Part shown: positions 13,540 to 26,625 of the stretch, piece by piece
Layout: the number at the start of each line of letters is the position of its first letter
Numbering within the stretch: the stretch's first letter is position 1
The notes under the pieces: model-generated
Seen by the model: the letters and a program-made list of their open reading frames with translations, nothing else
Told to the model about the DNA's origin: nothing
The model's database searches: none
Assembly: GCF_006345805.1 (NCBI RefSeq)
Contig: NC_043017.1
Coordinates: 33,170,001 to 33,234,000 of the forward strand
Length of the DNA: 64,000 bases
Direction: 5' to 3'
Source of the DNA: Octopus sinensis
Taxonomy: Eukaryota
Position numbers and translations under genes: made by a program

Positions 13540-15060
13540 AATAGTTTGCTGGCTGCAAAGAATTCTCTTGTAACAATTACATAACCGGAAGCCCCTACAT
13601 ACTCATTTAATGTGCTAGAAATAGCTACCAAAAAAATATCACAAATAAGATCTTTGCGTCTTAAAACTAATAAAAGGGCGTTAAATAATGCAATTCTGGG
13701 TATTCCTGAATAAATGGAAAGGTCAGCTGGAGCAATACTTATCACTGGTTTGTTAAATTAGATTTACCGTGAGGCTAAATGGCAATAATATGATATGAAG
13801 GCATGCTATAATGTACAGCCATAGATAGAAGACAAACACTAAATTAAAATAGATTATCAAATGCTTCTTACAAGCAAACGGTCAGCTGGCAGTAACTTCG
13901 AAGTTTTGCCGTGACTCAGCTTTCTCGGATTGTCTAAGCTAGCTGGTGTCCAAGAAAAACGCGATGTTATTGTCAAACATTTTCTTGAAAATATATATAT
14001 ATATATTTTTTATTGCCCACAAGGGACTAAACACAGAGGACAGAAAAGGACAGGCAAAGAGATTAAGTCGATTACATCGACCCCAGTGCGTAACTGGTAC
14101 TTATTTAATCGACCCAAAAGGATGAAAGGCAAAGTTGACCTCGGCGGAATTTGAACTCAGAACGTAGCGGTAAACGAAATACCGCTAATTATTTCGCCCG
14201 GCGTGCTAACGATTCTGCCAGCTCGCCGCCCTTAAAATATATATATATACATATTCCGCGTATGTGTTAGAGTGTGCATCCTGTAGGTATTTGAGAGTAC
14301 AATAGACAAAGAGAAATTGTAAGCTGTGAACTTTTACATAGCCAAATGATGGTAACACCTTACTGGATCACATCCTAGTAACAACAAATAATTTGTTTTT
14401 AATAAATAAAAATTGGAATATAGACTGCAAAGCCTGAAACTATTTTTTTTTGCTGTCAGTTCTGAACCGTCTATTTTTGACAAGAAAGCTGAAGGAGAAC
14501 TAAAAAGTAAAGAGGAACTTGGAAAAAGAAATATAGACTATTTTATGACTGGCTGAAATTTAGTACCGATGCAAGCATATTTCATGAACGTCATGTCAAA
14601 TCTCACCTCGTAATACTACATACTTTAGATGATGTCAAAAATGCCAACTCCATTTGCAATAACATTATAAATGCATAAGAAACTGCAGCAGTAGCAAAAG
14701 AAAAACAAGAAAGACAATTAAGGAAAGAAAACTGAAGGGAAATATGTAAAAATGTAGAATCATGAGAGCTAACAATGCAGCAATGGAAAACGACAAAGAT
14801 AAAAAGACTAAATGAAACCTGTGTAGCAGGAGCATAAAGCTTATCTATAATCCTAAATCCTATAGAAAGCAACAATGCTGTCTCGGGTGGAGCGCAAGAG
14901 GAAAACTATTGGAGAATCTTCCTGAAGCCCGAAATAAAAGATAGGTAGAGCACTTCTCTAACCTACTTGAGAAGGGTTGTATCAGGTAGCATCCAAATGC
15001 CAAAGCACAAGTCTCGACAATATACAATTGGCAGAATGAAAATTAGAGACATTCTTTGAA
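13540..15060 (+). mobile_element. Possible highly decayed LTR-retrotransposon integrase region, interrupted by a family B SINE (14005-14232, minus)
   Basis: Only short motifs such as QANGQ near 13870 and coding-like composition; many stops. Confidence 0.25.
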
Positions 15061-15080
15061 GTGTGTATTTGGGCGGAAGT

Positions 15081-15401
15081 GGAGGCACATGGCCTGGTGG
15101 TTAGAGCAGCGGACTCGCGGTCGAGGGATCGCGGGTTCGAATCTCAGACCGGGCGATGTGTGTGTTTATGAGCGAAACACCTATGCTCCACGCGGCTCCG
15201 GCAGAAGGTAATGGCGAAACTTCTGCTGACTCTTTCGCCATAACTTTCTCTCACTCTTTCCTACTGCATCTTGCAGCTCACCTGCGACGGACCGGCGTGC
15301 CGTCCAGGTGGGGAACTTATACGCCAAGGAAATCGGGAAACCGGCCCTTATGAGCCAGGCATGGCTCGAGAAGGAACAAAACGACAAACAAACAACAAAC
15401 A
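15081..15401 (+). mobile_element. SINE family C (tRNA-Arg-like head) with TSD
   Basis: tggcctggtgg A box, gggttcgaatc B box; atttgggcggaa duplicated at 15067 and 15402. Confidence 0.88.
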
Positions 15402-15542
15402 ATTTGGGCGGAAATGGTTTACTTTCAATACCAGCAAAAGGATATTTTCAACATGCTAAATGATACCAATGAATTAATTTATCAGTTTTTGCAACTGAAA
15501 TTTACTGAATATGGCTTTCTAGAATGTTTCCATATAAAAACA

Positions 15543-16182
15543 CTAGCAGATATACCCGGCGTCGCCCTGGTTAAAGAAAATAATGAAATTAAAAAACGCC
15601 ATCAAGATTACGTACGTCTCAGCTGCTAGTAGCTGAGATACCAACTTTCTACATTAATAATCCTCCAACCCATGCCAGCGTGGAACATAGACGTTAAGTG
15701 AAACATTAAAAGAAAGTTTTCAACTCATATATGTATATCAAGTAAATACACGTAATTCAAAAACGCGTCTTGTGTAACTTAGCTCGTAACCAAAAAGCAG
15801 ATTCAGATTATAAACAATGAAAGGCCGATTTTGGTGATTCATTTGACAGAGGTAGTAGAGAACTAATCCGATGATAAACCTGACCTTGGGTCTTGAAAGT
15901 TTGCAAGAAACCTAGCTCAGTTAAATCCCTTGCGGCTCCAAATGATGTTATCAGTAGTGCAGCGTTGTATTGTCTAATTTTGTTTTGGAAATGCTTAGAA
16001 TCTTGGTCAGTTGATGACAACAGTTTCTTCAATGGCTCTGGAGGTTGGGGGCTTGCAAGGTGTTTAACCTTTCCACCACTGCAGCATAGTGCAGGTGTCT
16101 CTCCAGTCCATTTCCTTGCTTTACAAGGTATGCACCCAATTGTCATTGCAGCAATGGAAACTCTAGTGTCATCTGCATAATT
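15543..16182 (-). mobile_element. Helitron 3' end with Rep/Hel N-terminal fragment
   Basis: Minus strand ends in GC hairpin + CTAG|T; ORF 15808-16146 has C..C.A.KW..E....CCSGGKV and IRQYN.AL..TSFGA. Confidence 0.9.
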
Positions 16183-17547
16183 TCACATCACAATTTCCTA
16201 TAACAAAATTGTACAGTTTATCAATTTCTATAAACATATGATTATGTGAACTCTTTACTCTTTACTCTTGTACTTGTTGCAGTCATTTGACTGTGGCCAT
16301 GCTGGAGCACCGCCTTTAGTCTATCAAATCGACGTCAGGACTGACTTAGTCTTTGTAAGCCTATTACTTATTCTATCTGTATCTTTTGCCGAACCGTTAA
16401 GTTACGGGGACGTAAACACACCAGCATCGGTTGTCAAGCGATGTTGGGGTGACCAACACAGACACACAAACATGTGTGTATAAATATTTTTTTACTTATT
16501 TACGTGCTATATATGACATGTACATACTAAGTATATACACGCATGTGCATGCATGGTTTGTATGTATATACGTCTGTACCTATAATTTGTGCGTATGTGT
16601 GTGAGTGTGTGTGTGAGTGTGTATGTGTGTGTGCATGTGTAATTATATCATTTGTGTGTGTGTTTATGTATGGATGTGTTTGTTGTTTATCATGAAACCT
16701 GTCTTTTAAATTTACTAAGACAGTATAAATTATAAATAATTACCAAAACTGTTGCCTGGAGATTATAATATGACGAATAAAAAATAACACATTTGTAAGG
16801 ATTTCTCTAAGAAGGTAATTGAAACATCTGAATTGTAACTATTTGTTTATTTTAAAGAAAAATACAGAATTTTAAATCTTTAAACTAGCCTAAAAATAAA
16901 ATTTACTGAAATAAAGCAACACTTCTAAATGTGTTGAAATGAAGTAAGATTTTTAAAAAAGTATCAGAATTATTTTTTTTAAGAAACAAAAACAGGCACG
17001 AATATAATACATGTGTTGTTGAGTGTGCGTTTGTATATCTCTGTGTTTATGTATGTGTCTGTTTTAAACCTGATATACGATTACTTAGGCAGAAAAGTTT
17101 ACTTATATCTGGTATCTGATCAGAAGTTTCTTCTCTTTTTTTTTCTATATTCTACAAACACTTAACAACGATATTCTCCGCAGAGCTGTCTGACTTTGAA
17201 TAAAAATAAATGACAAATGAAAGATATTGTGAAACTTACCCCTGTCGAAATCAAGTAGAGATAGTCAGTTTTAAGTGTGATGTTTCCTGATCAACTAAAC
17301 AATCACACATTAAGATTTTCCTAAAAGAAGTATAAAATATAACAATTTTAAAAAAAATAATTATTTAATTGTCAAGTAGAGGAGGTGTGAGCTGAAAAGG
17401 ACAGTAGACTAGTAGAATACCCAGAGTGGCAGACAACATGAGCTTGAATCACGCCTGGATCGACTTCGTGATTCATCTTTCTTGTTTCTTAGACACAGTC
17501 GTCAGGTATCCAAGTCGACATGCACGAACAAACCTATGAGAGGAAGT

Positions 17548-19080
17548 CATCATCATCATTGTTCGACCGTGGTCGAGACAATGGAATTTACCATGCTACG
17601 CCAGACTTCACGGTCCATCATGGCATTATGGAGGTCCTGTTGCTGGATGCCTATATCCCTGGAGATTACATCAGGGTAGGAGAGTGTGCGCCCTCTGGTA
17701 TTGCAAGAAGATGGCTTCCAGAGGAGAAGAGTAGAAATTACCTCTTTTTCAACTCTACAACAATGTCCAGCAAACTGGACTCTCCTACCTTTCACAAGAG
17801 ATGACACAGGTGGTAGTTTCCCATATATTTGCATTTTGGTTGGATGACGCTTCCACGAAAGATTTTGAGCTCTCATAAGGAGGAGAGTGTAGGTTCCATC
17901 CAACCGCCTCTCAAGCTTCTTTGATAACGTCCAGGTTTCTGAGCCATATAGTAGAATTGGTTCGACTGTGGCTTTGAATATTTCAAGTTTGAAGTCTCTA
18001 CTTAGATTTGATGACCAGATCTTATGCATGTCATTACAGGCTGACCAGGCCATACCCTTTCTAGTTAGAAAGTCTTTTCCAGATGATGATATGTATGACC
18101 CAAGATATTTATAATCAGAAACCATATTTAAGGGCGCGTTGTTGAGAGTATGGATGATCCAATCACTGTTGGACAGGCACTTGTTTATGTATTCAGTTTT
18201 GGCCTCATTGAGGTAAAGACCTACACAATTTGAGGCTTGTTCAAGAGATTGTAAAATAGACTGGGCATTGGAGAGAGAATCACTGATAAGAGCGATGTCG
18301 TCAGCAAAGTTAGTGTCTGTCAAGTACTCAGCTGGGTGTCTGGAACTTCTTTGTTTTATTTCAAAGCCCTTGTCAGAGATGGTATCAACTGACATACGTA
18401 GCACATAATCAACAACAATGATGAAAAGAAATGGGGCGAGTGTGTCTCCCTGCAGTATTACGGCTTTGATTGAGAAAGATGATGTTTCTCCATCAGGGGT
18501 TAAGATGGTTGAAGACGTATCTGTGTAGAGGACCTTGATGGCAGAAATGATTTTTTCTGGTATCCCATAGAGCTTAAGGATTTCAAACATCTTATACCTA
18601 TCTACAGAATCGAACGCTTTAGAAAAGTCTACAAATACCATTGCAAGATCGCGATTAAATGCTTTTGATTCTTCAATAAGTCTGCGTAGGCATAGTATCT
18701 GGCTCAGCGTTGAGCGCCCATGTCTGAATCCATTTTGGTTCTTTCGGAGCAGAGGTTCAACAAAAAGGACAAGACGATTTAGGATCAGTTTGTTGTACAG
18801 TTTTGCAGCAATTGACATTAGAGATATACCCCTGTAGTTGGTGACGAGGGATAAATCGCCTTTTTGGGGTATTGGAATTATTTGAGATTGGTGCCAAATC
18901 TTTGGAGCGACAAAGGTGGAAAGTGTGTGGTTGCAGAGGTTGAGCAAAAGTGTGTGAAATCTATCATCTTTCCAAATTACAGCTGGGATGTTGTCGGGAG
19001 CAAATGCTTTCGAGGCTTTTAGTTGCTTGGTGGCTGCTGTTAGTTCAAATATGGTAAAAGGGGAGGTGTTGATGTCCAGC
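17548..19080 (-). mobile_element. 5'-truncated RTE-X LINE with 10-bp TSD and (TGA)n tail
   Basis: gagaggaagt at 17538-17547 and 19081-19090; uninterrupted RT frame. Confidence 0.93.
17556..19080 (-). CDS. LINE reverse transcriptase (5'-truncated ORF, no native start)
   Basis: NYRGISL, QNGFR, FVDFSKAFDSV, LQGDTLAPFLF, FADD, YKYLGS, LLYGSETWTL, AGHC motifs. Confidence 0.92.
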
Positions 19081-19496
19081 GAGAGGAAGTAATATGAGTG
19101 ACTCTTCCAAAATCCTAAACAACATCTCAACGAAGAACGGTGATACACTTACTGATGGTAAACTTAGGTCATTAAACAGGAAGCAAGGTACTTAATGTGT
19201 CTGTAATCGTGCCAGATACAAGTCCAAGTATATTAGTCGATAACCTCTGCTGATTGGGATAATTTGTTGACAAACAGCCGCAATTATTAAGCACCAACCC
19301 AGTATATAAACAAATATCAATTTTCAAGCGAGCAGACGATAAATAATTGCACTTATGCGCATGTGCTAAGTGACAGGTAATATAAAAGATTCAGTTTATA
19401 GAAAAACTACACATTTCACTATCCACCACAACAACCACCATTATGGTTTTTTTTTTTTTTTTGGTAACTGTTGCTGTCAATACAAAGTTCGAATAT

Positions 19497-19730
19497 ATTT
19501 CTTTACTACCCACAAGGGACTAAACACAGAGGGGGAAAATAAGGACAGACAAGCGGATTAAGTCAATTAGATCGACCCCAGTGCGTAACTGGTACTTAAT
19601 TTATCGACTCCGAAAGGATGAAAGGCAAAGTCGACCTCGGCGGAATTTGAACTCAGAACGTAACGGCCGACGAAATAATGCTACGTATTTCGCCCGACGT
19701 GCTAACGATTCTGCCAACTCGCCGTCTTAA
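19497..19730 (-). mobile_element. SINE family B with TSD
   Basis: aatacaaagttcgaata on both flanks. Confidence 0.88.
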
Positions 19731-20074
19731 TACAAAGTTCGAATAACAGATTTAAAAAAAGAACACCAGAACATCGCCCCTCTTTAAGCATTCTATTTCT
19801 GAGTCACTTTCTCTATATACTTCCCTCAATTGAGTTTTTAACCCCGTAAAAGCTATTACGGTCTCCTTAAAACTCCTCTCTTGCTCTTCGCCTTTCTCTT
19901 TAACTAATCCCGTGACAGTGTAATGCATTTCAGCTATGTGTATTACATGAAACCAAATGTTTCGAGCAAATTTATTCATTATTTTATTTAGCTGCTCCCT
20001 ACATCCCTAAAATAAAAATACTATTGTATGCGAATCGCTAATTTGATATCCATCATATTTTCTAAAACTCCACA

Positions 20075-20476
20075 GGCGCAGGAGCGGCTGTGTGGTAAGT
20101 AGCTTGTTTACCAACCACATGGTTCCGGGTTCAGTCCCACTGCGTGGAACCTTGGGCAAGTGTCATCTACTATAGCCTCGGGCCGACCATAGCATTGTGA
20201 GTGGATTTGGTAGACGGAAACTGAAAGAAGCCCGTCGTATATATGTATATAAATATGCGTGTGTGTGTTTGTGTGTCTGTGATTGTCCCCCTAGCATTGA
20301 TTGACAACCGATGCTGGTGTGTTTATGTCCCCGTTACTTAGCGGTTCGGCAAAAGAGACCGATAGAATAAGTACTGGGCTTACAAAGAATAAGTCCCGAG
20401 GTCGATTTGCTCGATTAAAGGCAGTGCTCCAGCATGGCCGCAGTCAAGTGACTGAAACAAGTAAAAGAGTAAAGAG
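20075..20476 (+). mobile_element. SINE family A
   Basis: Full-length copy. Confidence 0.9.
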
Positions 20477-20838
20477 TATAAAGAAATAATACACACACGC
20501 TCACATACACTTACAGACATATCTACAAAACACGCACACAGTCTAATAAATAAGACGATCATGTACGTTATCTCTTGAAATTCTTTGCAATTTACATGGC
20601 TTCAAAAATGTCCGTAAAAATTCGCCCTTGAACCATAAGTTTGAAAATTTGTACTGCTATCATTTGCTGTCACTGTGATTGATGGGTATGTGGATATTGT
20701 TTAGGCTGCGTGTTGTTCACATGTAAAACCTAGTTAACAGAAAATTTCGTCTAGTAATTTCACAACACTGCATAAACATTTGAACATAGTTTATTGTGTG
20801 GCATTAATATGAAAAGATGTTCGATTAATAGAAAGAGT

Positions 20839-21253
20839 GGATCTTTTCGGTTTGAACGGCGGTTTTTAACATAATTTCTATGTAACTAAAAAAATTTAAA
20901 CTTCGTATACTGGTAGAATGTATTATAAAACATCTTTTTCTCTTGGCTTTATTGAGAAAATTCTATAGTTTGTAAGATATTTGTTGCTTTTTTTCTTCAA
21001 TTTCTGCAATTCAACCAATCAATGACGTCTATTGAGGTGAAAACATTATGTGCCGTATGAATATGTCCCTCGTTTAAGAAACAGATTGGGTTTATTTACA
21101 TTTGTGAAGAAAAAAATATACACTTCCCTAACCCTAACTAACCCTAACCCTAAACAGATTGAAATGCAATAGATCGATACTAGGGTCATAATTATGGGTG
21201 ACAATTTCATATGACACCGCTAGAAAAAACTGCCTTTCAAACCGAAAATATCC
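20839..21253. mobile_element. MITE with about 29-bp TIRs, 8-bp TSD and internal (CCCTAA)n
   Basis: ggatcttttcggtttgaacggcggttttt pairs with aaaaactgcctttcaaaccgaaaatatcc; TSD gaaagagt at 20831-20838 and 21254-21261. Confidence 0.9.
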
Positions 21254-21526
21254 GAAAGAGTAAAACTGTAAATAGTATAAGTAAGGAAAATGTCTGTTGA
21301 AGTTTAACCCTTGGGCTGTTGTTATTGTTGTTAAGCAACGAGACGGGTAAGGGTGATTAGGTGATGGTCTAGGGCTTAGGAGCAGGAGACACCAGACCTT
21401 GGAAAAAATACTTTGGTCGTCTTGTAGTCTTCGTTGACCCGACACCACTGGGAGGTGACCCTCGAAGTCGCTGTAAATGGAGATCTCCAGGTCCAAATTC
21501 TTGGACGGCTGCTGTTGGTAGTTTTC

Positions 21527-21611
21527 TGCGCATGCGCATGAGGGAACTTCCGGCGGCCTACCGGAAGAAATTCAACTCTGCACATATGCGCTGAAGACTC
21601 CCAAAATGGCG
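21527..21611. promoter_or_regulatory. Housekeeping-type promoter motif cluster (NRF1, inverted ETS pair, YY1)
   Basis: TGCGCATGCGCA 21527-21538, ACTTCCGG 21546-21553, ACCGGAAG 21560-21567, CAAAATGGCG 21602-21611 in a GC/CpG-rich island. Confidence 0.7.
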
Positions 21612-22588
21612 TCACTACATGTCCTATATTTTCTGACGAACCAGAAATCCAAACATACATAACGAGGTACACGCATGCACACATTCAGACACAAAACATA
21701 CGCATCTATACTTTCACATTTATACACTTACATAATCATTCGCCCCTGCATGCAAAAGCACAAATGCCCACATACCGACACTTGTACAAACACACAACTT
21801 ATACTCTAAGGAACGTATAGATTCAATCAAACACTAACTCATCAAAACTAGGCTGGTGTATATATTAAATAGAATTACACAGATATACTATATAATCTAA
21901 ATATTTGAAGAAACTTTAAAATTCTATTGAAAATAATTTTTCTTCAATTTTCTCTTATACTTTTGAAAAATCCAAAATCCCAGATTCTAAATTATTAAAT
22001 GTATTAACACCCACAGATACATACGTGCACACACGCGCACGCCTTCATACATACCTTCATACACAAAATGCTACTTGCAAAGATACGTACACACACAAAC
22101 ACACACGCACACACATGTATATATATATATATTATATATATATATATATATATGTGTGTATATATATATATTATATATATATATATATGTATGCATATAA
22201 CAAACATATAAAATAGGCTTAATACAATTATCAACAACACATAAAATATATCTCGTGAGAAATTTTAAACACAGGTCTTTATTTGAAGCTTTATTTAATT
22301 TATTTTATTAACATTCCACGTTGTTTTTGGAAATTTCAACAAGTAACTTAATAACGTTGCCTCCCCTCCACGCACACCCCCATACCCACACCGTCCCATT
22401 CACACATGTAGAGACACGATGCACAGAAACACGAATACATAACAACGTAAGAACTGAACACTCAATCGAATAACGAAAGACACACCTGCACATAGAATCA
22501 TAAAAGTATACTACAGGAAATCTAAACGAAATTCACGTGGTTTTATATTCTCCATTTTGTTTTTAATCTCGACAAGTCATATGAACAT

Positions 22589-22995
22589 ACTCCTTTACTC
22601 TCCTTTACTTGTTTCAGTCATTTGACTGTGGCCATGCTGGAGCACCACCTTTTTAGTCGAGCATATCGACCCCGGGACTTATTCTTTTTGTAAGCCCAGT
22701 ACTTATTCTATCGGTCTCTTTTTGCCGAACCACTAAGTAACGGGGACATAAACACACCAGCATCGGTTGTCAAGCAATGCTAGGGGGACAAACACAGACA
22801 CACAAACACACACACGCATATATATATACATATATACGACGGGCTTCTTTCAGTTTCCGTCTACCAAATCCACTCACAAGACTTTGGTCAGCCCGAGGCT
22901 ATAGTAGAAGACACTTGCCCAAAGTTCCACGCAGTGGGACTGAACCCGGAACTATGTGGTTGGTCAGCAAGCTACTTACCACACAGCCACTCCTG
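22589..22995 (-). mobile_element. SINE family A
   Basis: Full-length reverse copy. Confidence 0.9.
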
Positions 22996-23354
22996 ATAAT
23001 AATGGTTTTAACTTTTGGCAGAAGCCAGCAGTTTTGAGAAAGGGTTAAGACGATTACATCGCACCCAGTGCTCCACTGGTACTTGTTTTATCCACCTCGA
23101 AAGGATGGAAAGCAAAGTCGACCTCGGTAGAATTGAACTCAAAACGTAAAGACAGAGGAAATGCCTCTAAGCATTTTTCCCGGCGTCCTAACAAGTAATT
23201 ATGGTCTCTAAACAATCAGGCAGAAGTCAATTATGCCAATAGGTTGAATAAATCGTGAGGCAAACCTAAAAGACCACACATGTATATTTACTGTATCGTT
23301 TACGTCACTGTACTCGCAGAAATTTACTCAGGCAGGCATTTAGTTAGTTAGGTA

Positions 23355-23770
23355 AGGCGAGCTGGCAGAATCGTTAGCACACCGGGCGAAATGCTTAGCA
23401 GTATTTCGTCTGTCTTTGTGTTCTGAGTTCTAATTCCGCTCAGGTCGACTGAGCCTTTCATCCTTTTGGGGTCGATAAATTAAGTACCAGTTACGCAGTG
23501 GGGTCGATATAATCGACTTAATTCGTCAGTGTGTCTGTCCTTGTTTGTCCTCTCTGTGTTTAGCCCCTTGTGGGTAGTAAAGAAATAGTATTTCATCTGT
23601 CTTTATGTTCTGAGTTCAAATTCCGCCGAGGTCGACTTTGTCTTTCATCCATTCGGGGTCGATAAATTAAGTACCAGTTACGCACTGGTGTCGATATAAT
23701 CGACTTAATCCGTTTGTTTGTCCTTGTTTGTCCCCTCAGTGTTTAGCCCCTTGTGGGTAGCAAAGAAATA
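23355..23770 (+). mobile_element. SINE family B dimer
   Basis: Head plus two tandem bodies. Confidence 0.88.
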
Positions 23771-23771
23771 G

Positions 23772-25150
23772 TGCGAGTTAGTGAGGTTATTGAGTGAGTG
23801 AGAGAGTTTGCGATTCAGTGAGTTTGTGAGAGACGTAATGAGTAACTTAGTAAGCAGTCTGAGAGAATTGGTATTTGAAGTACTTAGAGATTTAATGAGT
23901 GAGTCAGTGAAAGAGTTAATGAAGGAATTAGTGAGGGCACTAGTGATAGATCTTGTGAGTGATTCAGTGCGAGATGTTTTGGGTGATTAAGTGTGAGTTA
24001 ATTAAAAGTTACTGAACGAGTTAGTCAGAGATTTAGTGAATTATTGAGGGAGCTAGTGCGTGAGTTGGTAAGAGATTATGTATTGGGGATTTTGGAAGTG
24101 AGTTAGTGTGTAATTTAGTGAGAGAATTAGTGAGTGAGTCAGTTATTGAGAGAGTTACTGATAGAGTTAGTGATAGAATTAGTGAATGAGTTAGAGAGGT
24201 TTAGTGAGTGAGTTAGTGAATGATTTAGTGAGTTAGTTAGTAAGAGAGTTAGTGAGAAATTTAACGTGAGTTATTGAGAGAGTATTGATAAAACCAGTAA
24301 GAGAATTAGTGTGTTAACATTAGGTTTCATGAGTGATTTAGTGAGAGAGTTGGTGAGAGAGTTAGTTAAAGATTTAGTGAATGAGTAGGTGAGAGGTTTA
24401 GTGAGGGAAATGGTGAGTATGATAGTGAGAAAGTTTGTGAGTGATTTTGCGGGAGATTTTTGAGTGAGATTCTCTTTTACTCTTTTACTTGTTTCAGTCA
24501 TTTGACTGTGGCCATGCTGGAGCACCACCTTTTTAGTCGAGCAAATCGACCCCAGGACTTATTCTTTGTAAGCCTAGTACTTATTTTGTCGTCTCTTTTG
24601 CCGAACCGCTAAGTTACGGGGACGTAAACACACCAGCATCGGTTGCCAAGCGATGCTGGGGGAGACAAACACAGACACACAAACATGTACACATACACAT
24701 ACATATATATATATATACATATACACGACGGGCTTCTTTCAGTTTCCCTCTACCAAATCCACCCACAAAGCTTTGGTCGGCCTGAGGCTATAGTAGAAGA
24801 CACTTGCACAAGGTACCACGCAGTGGGACTGAACCCGGAACCATGTGGTTCTTAAGCAAGCTACTTACCACACAGCCACTCCTACGCCTATAGTGAGATA
24901 TTTTTTGAAAGAATTAGTGAGAGTTTGTAAAAGTATTAGTGAATGATTTAGTGAGTGAGTTGGTGAATTAGAGAGAGAGAGATAGAGTTAGTGGGTGTGT
25001 TTGTGAGAGAGTTACTGAGTTACTGAGTGAGTGTGGGAGTTAGTAAGTACGTGACTGAGTGAGATTGAGTTAGTGAGAGAATCACTTGGTGAGTCAATGG
25101 ATGAGCCAGTGGTTTTGATGACGAGTGATTTAGTGAGGAAGTTAAGAATT
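23772..25150. repeat. Degenerate 12-bp-period tandem repeat (approx. GAGTTAGTGAGW), interrupted by a SINE
   Basis: Recurring gagttagtgag/gatttagtgag; translates as SLTN/SLTK repeats. Confidence 0.85.
24471..24888 (-). mobile_element. SINE family A
   Basis: Full-length copy inside the 12-bp repeat; agtgagat on both flanks. Confidence 0.9.
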
Positions 25151-25948
25151 GGCTTCATGAGAGTGTAATTGAGTAATTTAGGGAAAAATTTAAATGAATG
25201 TTATTAAATTTTAAAGGTAAGTTTAGAATAAAATGTGCAAGGCATTTAAATATTTCTCTTCTTTATTAAAGTTGCTTTACTTATATTACATAATAAGCAT
25301 AGTTTTTACGAAAACGTTTACTATATTTAATACACAGTTAACTATTTGTCATGACATAGAATCTTTATGTTTGTAATTGTCATAAAATAAAATTCATATC
25401 TTTGCGTTTTATTTTTTCCTTATCCACTGACTTCACCAACAGCTGAACACAGAAATAGCTTTTCTTAGGTTATATTGCTTCTTAATATTCTTTCGTATGC
25501 ATTCGTGTATTGGAAATATTTTCTAGGTTTGCTTCCAATTCAACTAATTTTGGATCATCCAGAAAACATTGTGTTAAAATGTATTTTCAGAAATATTAAT
25601 TTCCATGGTATTATCTGTATCTAAATATGTTCATACAACAGAAATTATCAACAGCTCTGTATAATGAATTCTACAATTAAAAATGTGATTGTCTCTATAT
25701 GTATTTTTGTTGTCGAATACTCCGAATTTCTCAAAATTCGTCTAAGTGATGTTTGGATCTAGTTGTCATACACGAGGAATTACCTTCGATGTGTTATTCT
25801 ACTTGCATTTATTGAAGTCTGATTGTTTCATGTCATTAACCAAATTCATTTAAAACTGAGTGTTTATTGATATCTGCCTCGATTTTTAAATCCCCTTTGG
25901 TTCTTTTAACTTCTTTGGTGGTCACTCCTCTTAATTTTGTATCTAAAG

Positions 25949-26017
<69 letters not shown>

Positions 26018-26091
26018 TTATATATATATATACATATACATACATATATATGTATATATATGTATATATATGTATATAAATATATATATAT

Positions 26092-26358
26092 AATTGCAGT
26101 GTGGAAGGTGTTTGTAAGCCATTTAAGAAACACACAAAAGCCGTTCGATTCACTTCAACATTTAAGTTTAATTTGTCCAAATATTTTCGTCGCTAAAATC
26201 CGCGACCTGTGCACTGGCAGCACGGATTTTTGTCAGTGAACAGGTCGCGGATTTTAGCGACGAAAATATTTTGACAAATTAAACTTAAATGTTGAAGTGA
26301 ATCGAACGGCTTTTGTGTGTTTCTTAAATGGCTTACAAACACCTTCCACGCTGCAATT
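26092..26358. repeat. Palindrome (128-bp arms, 11-nt loop) made of two inverted PLE-type termini
   Basis: 26092-26219 is the reverse complement of 26231-26358 with about 4 mismatches; flanked by (TA)n. Confidence 0.93.
26229..26278 (+). ncRNA. Minimal hammerhead-like motif, G3-C8 core variant
   Basis: tttgtca-GTGAACA-g-gtcgc ggatttta gcgac-GAAA-atat-TT-tgacaaa; 7-bp stem I, 5-bp stem II, palindromic stem III. Confidence 0.7.
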
Positions 26359-26408
26359 GTTTTCGTTTCAGCACACGATCTCAGATCAAATCACTTGCTA
26401 TGCGAGGA

Positions 26409-26504
<96 letters not shown>

Positions 26505-26522
26505 GTATATATATATATATAT

Positions 26523-26566
<44 letters not shown>

Positions 26567-26625
26567 ATATATATATATATTTATATATCTGTAAATGTAA
26601 TATGTGACAATTATTCGGTAGCCAA

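Noticed and set aside
19081-19148. N-terminus of the 530-aa ORF
   Set aside because: Lies outside the TSD, so it is flanking DNA fortuitously in frame
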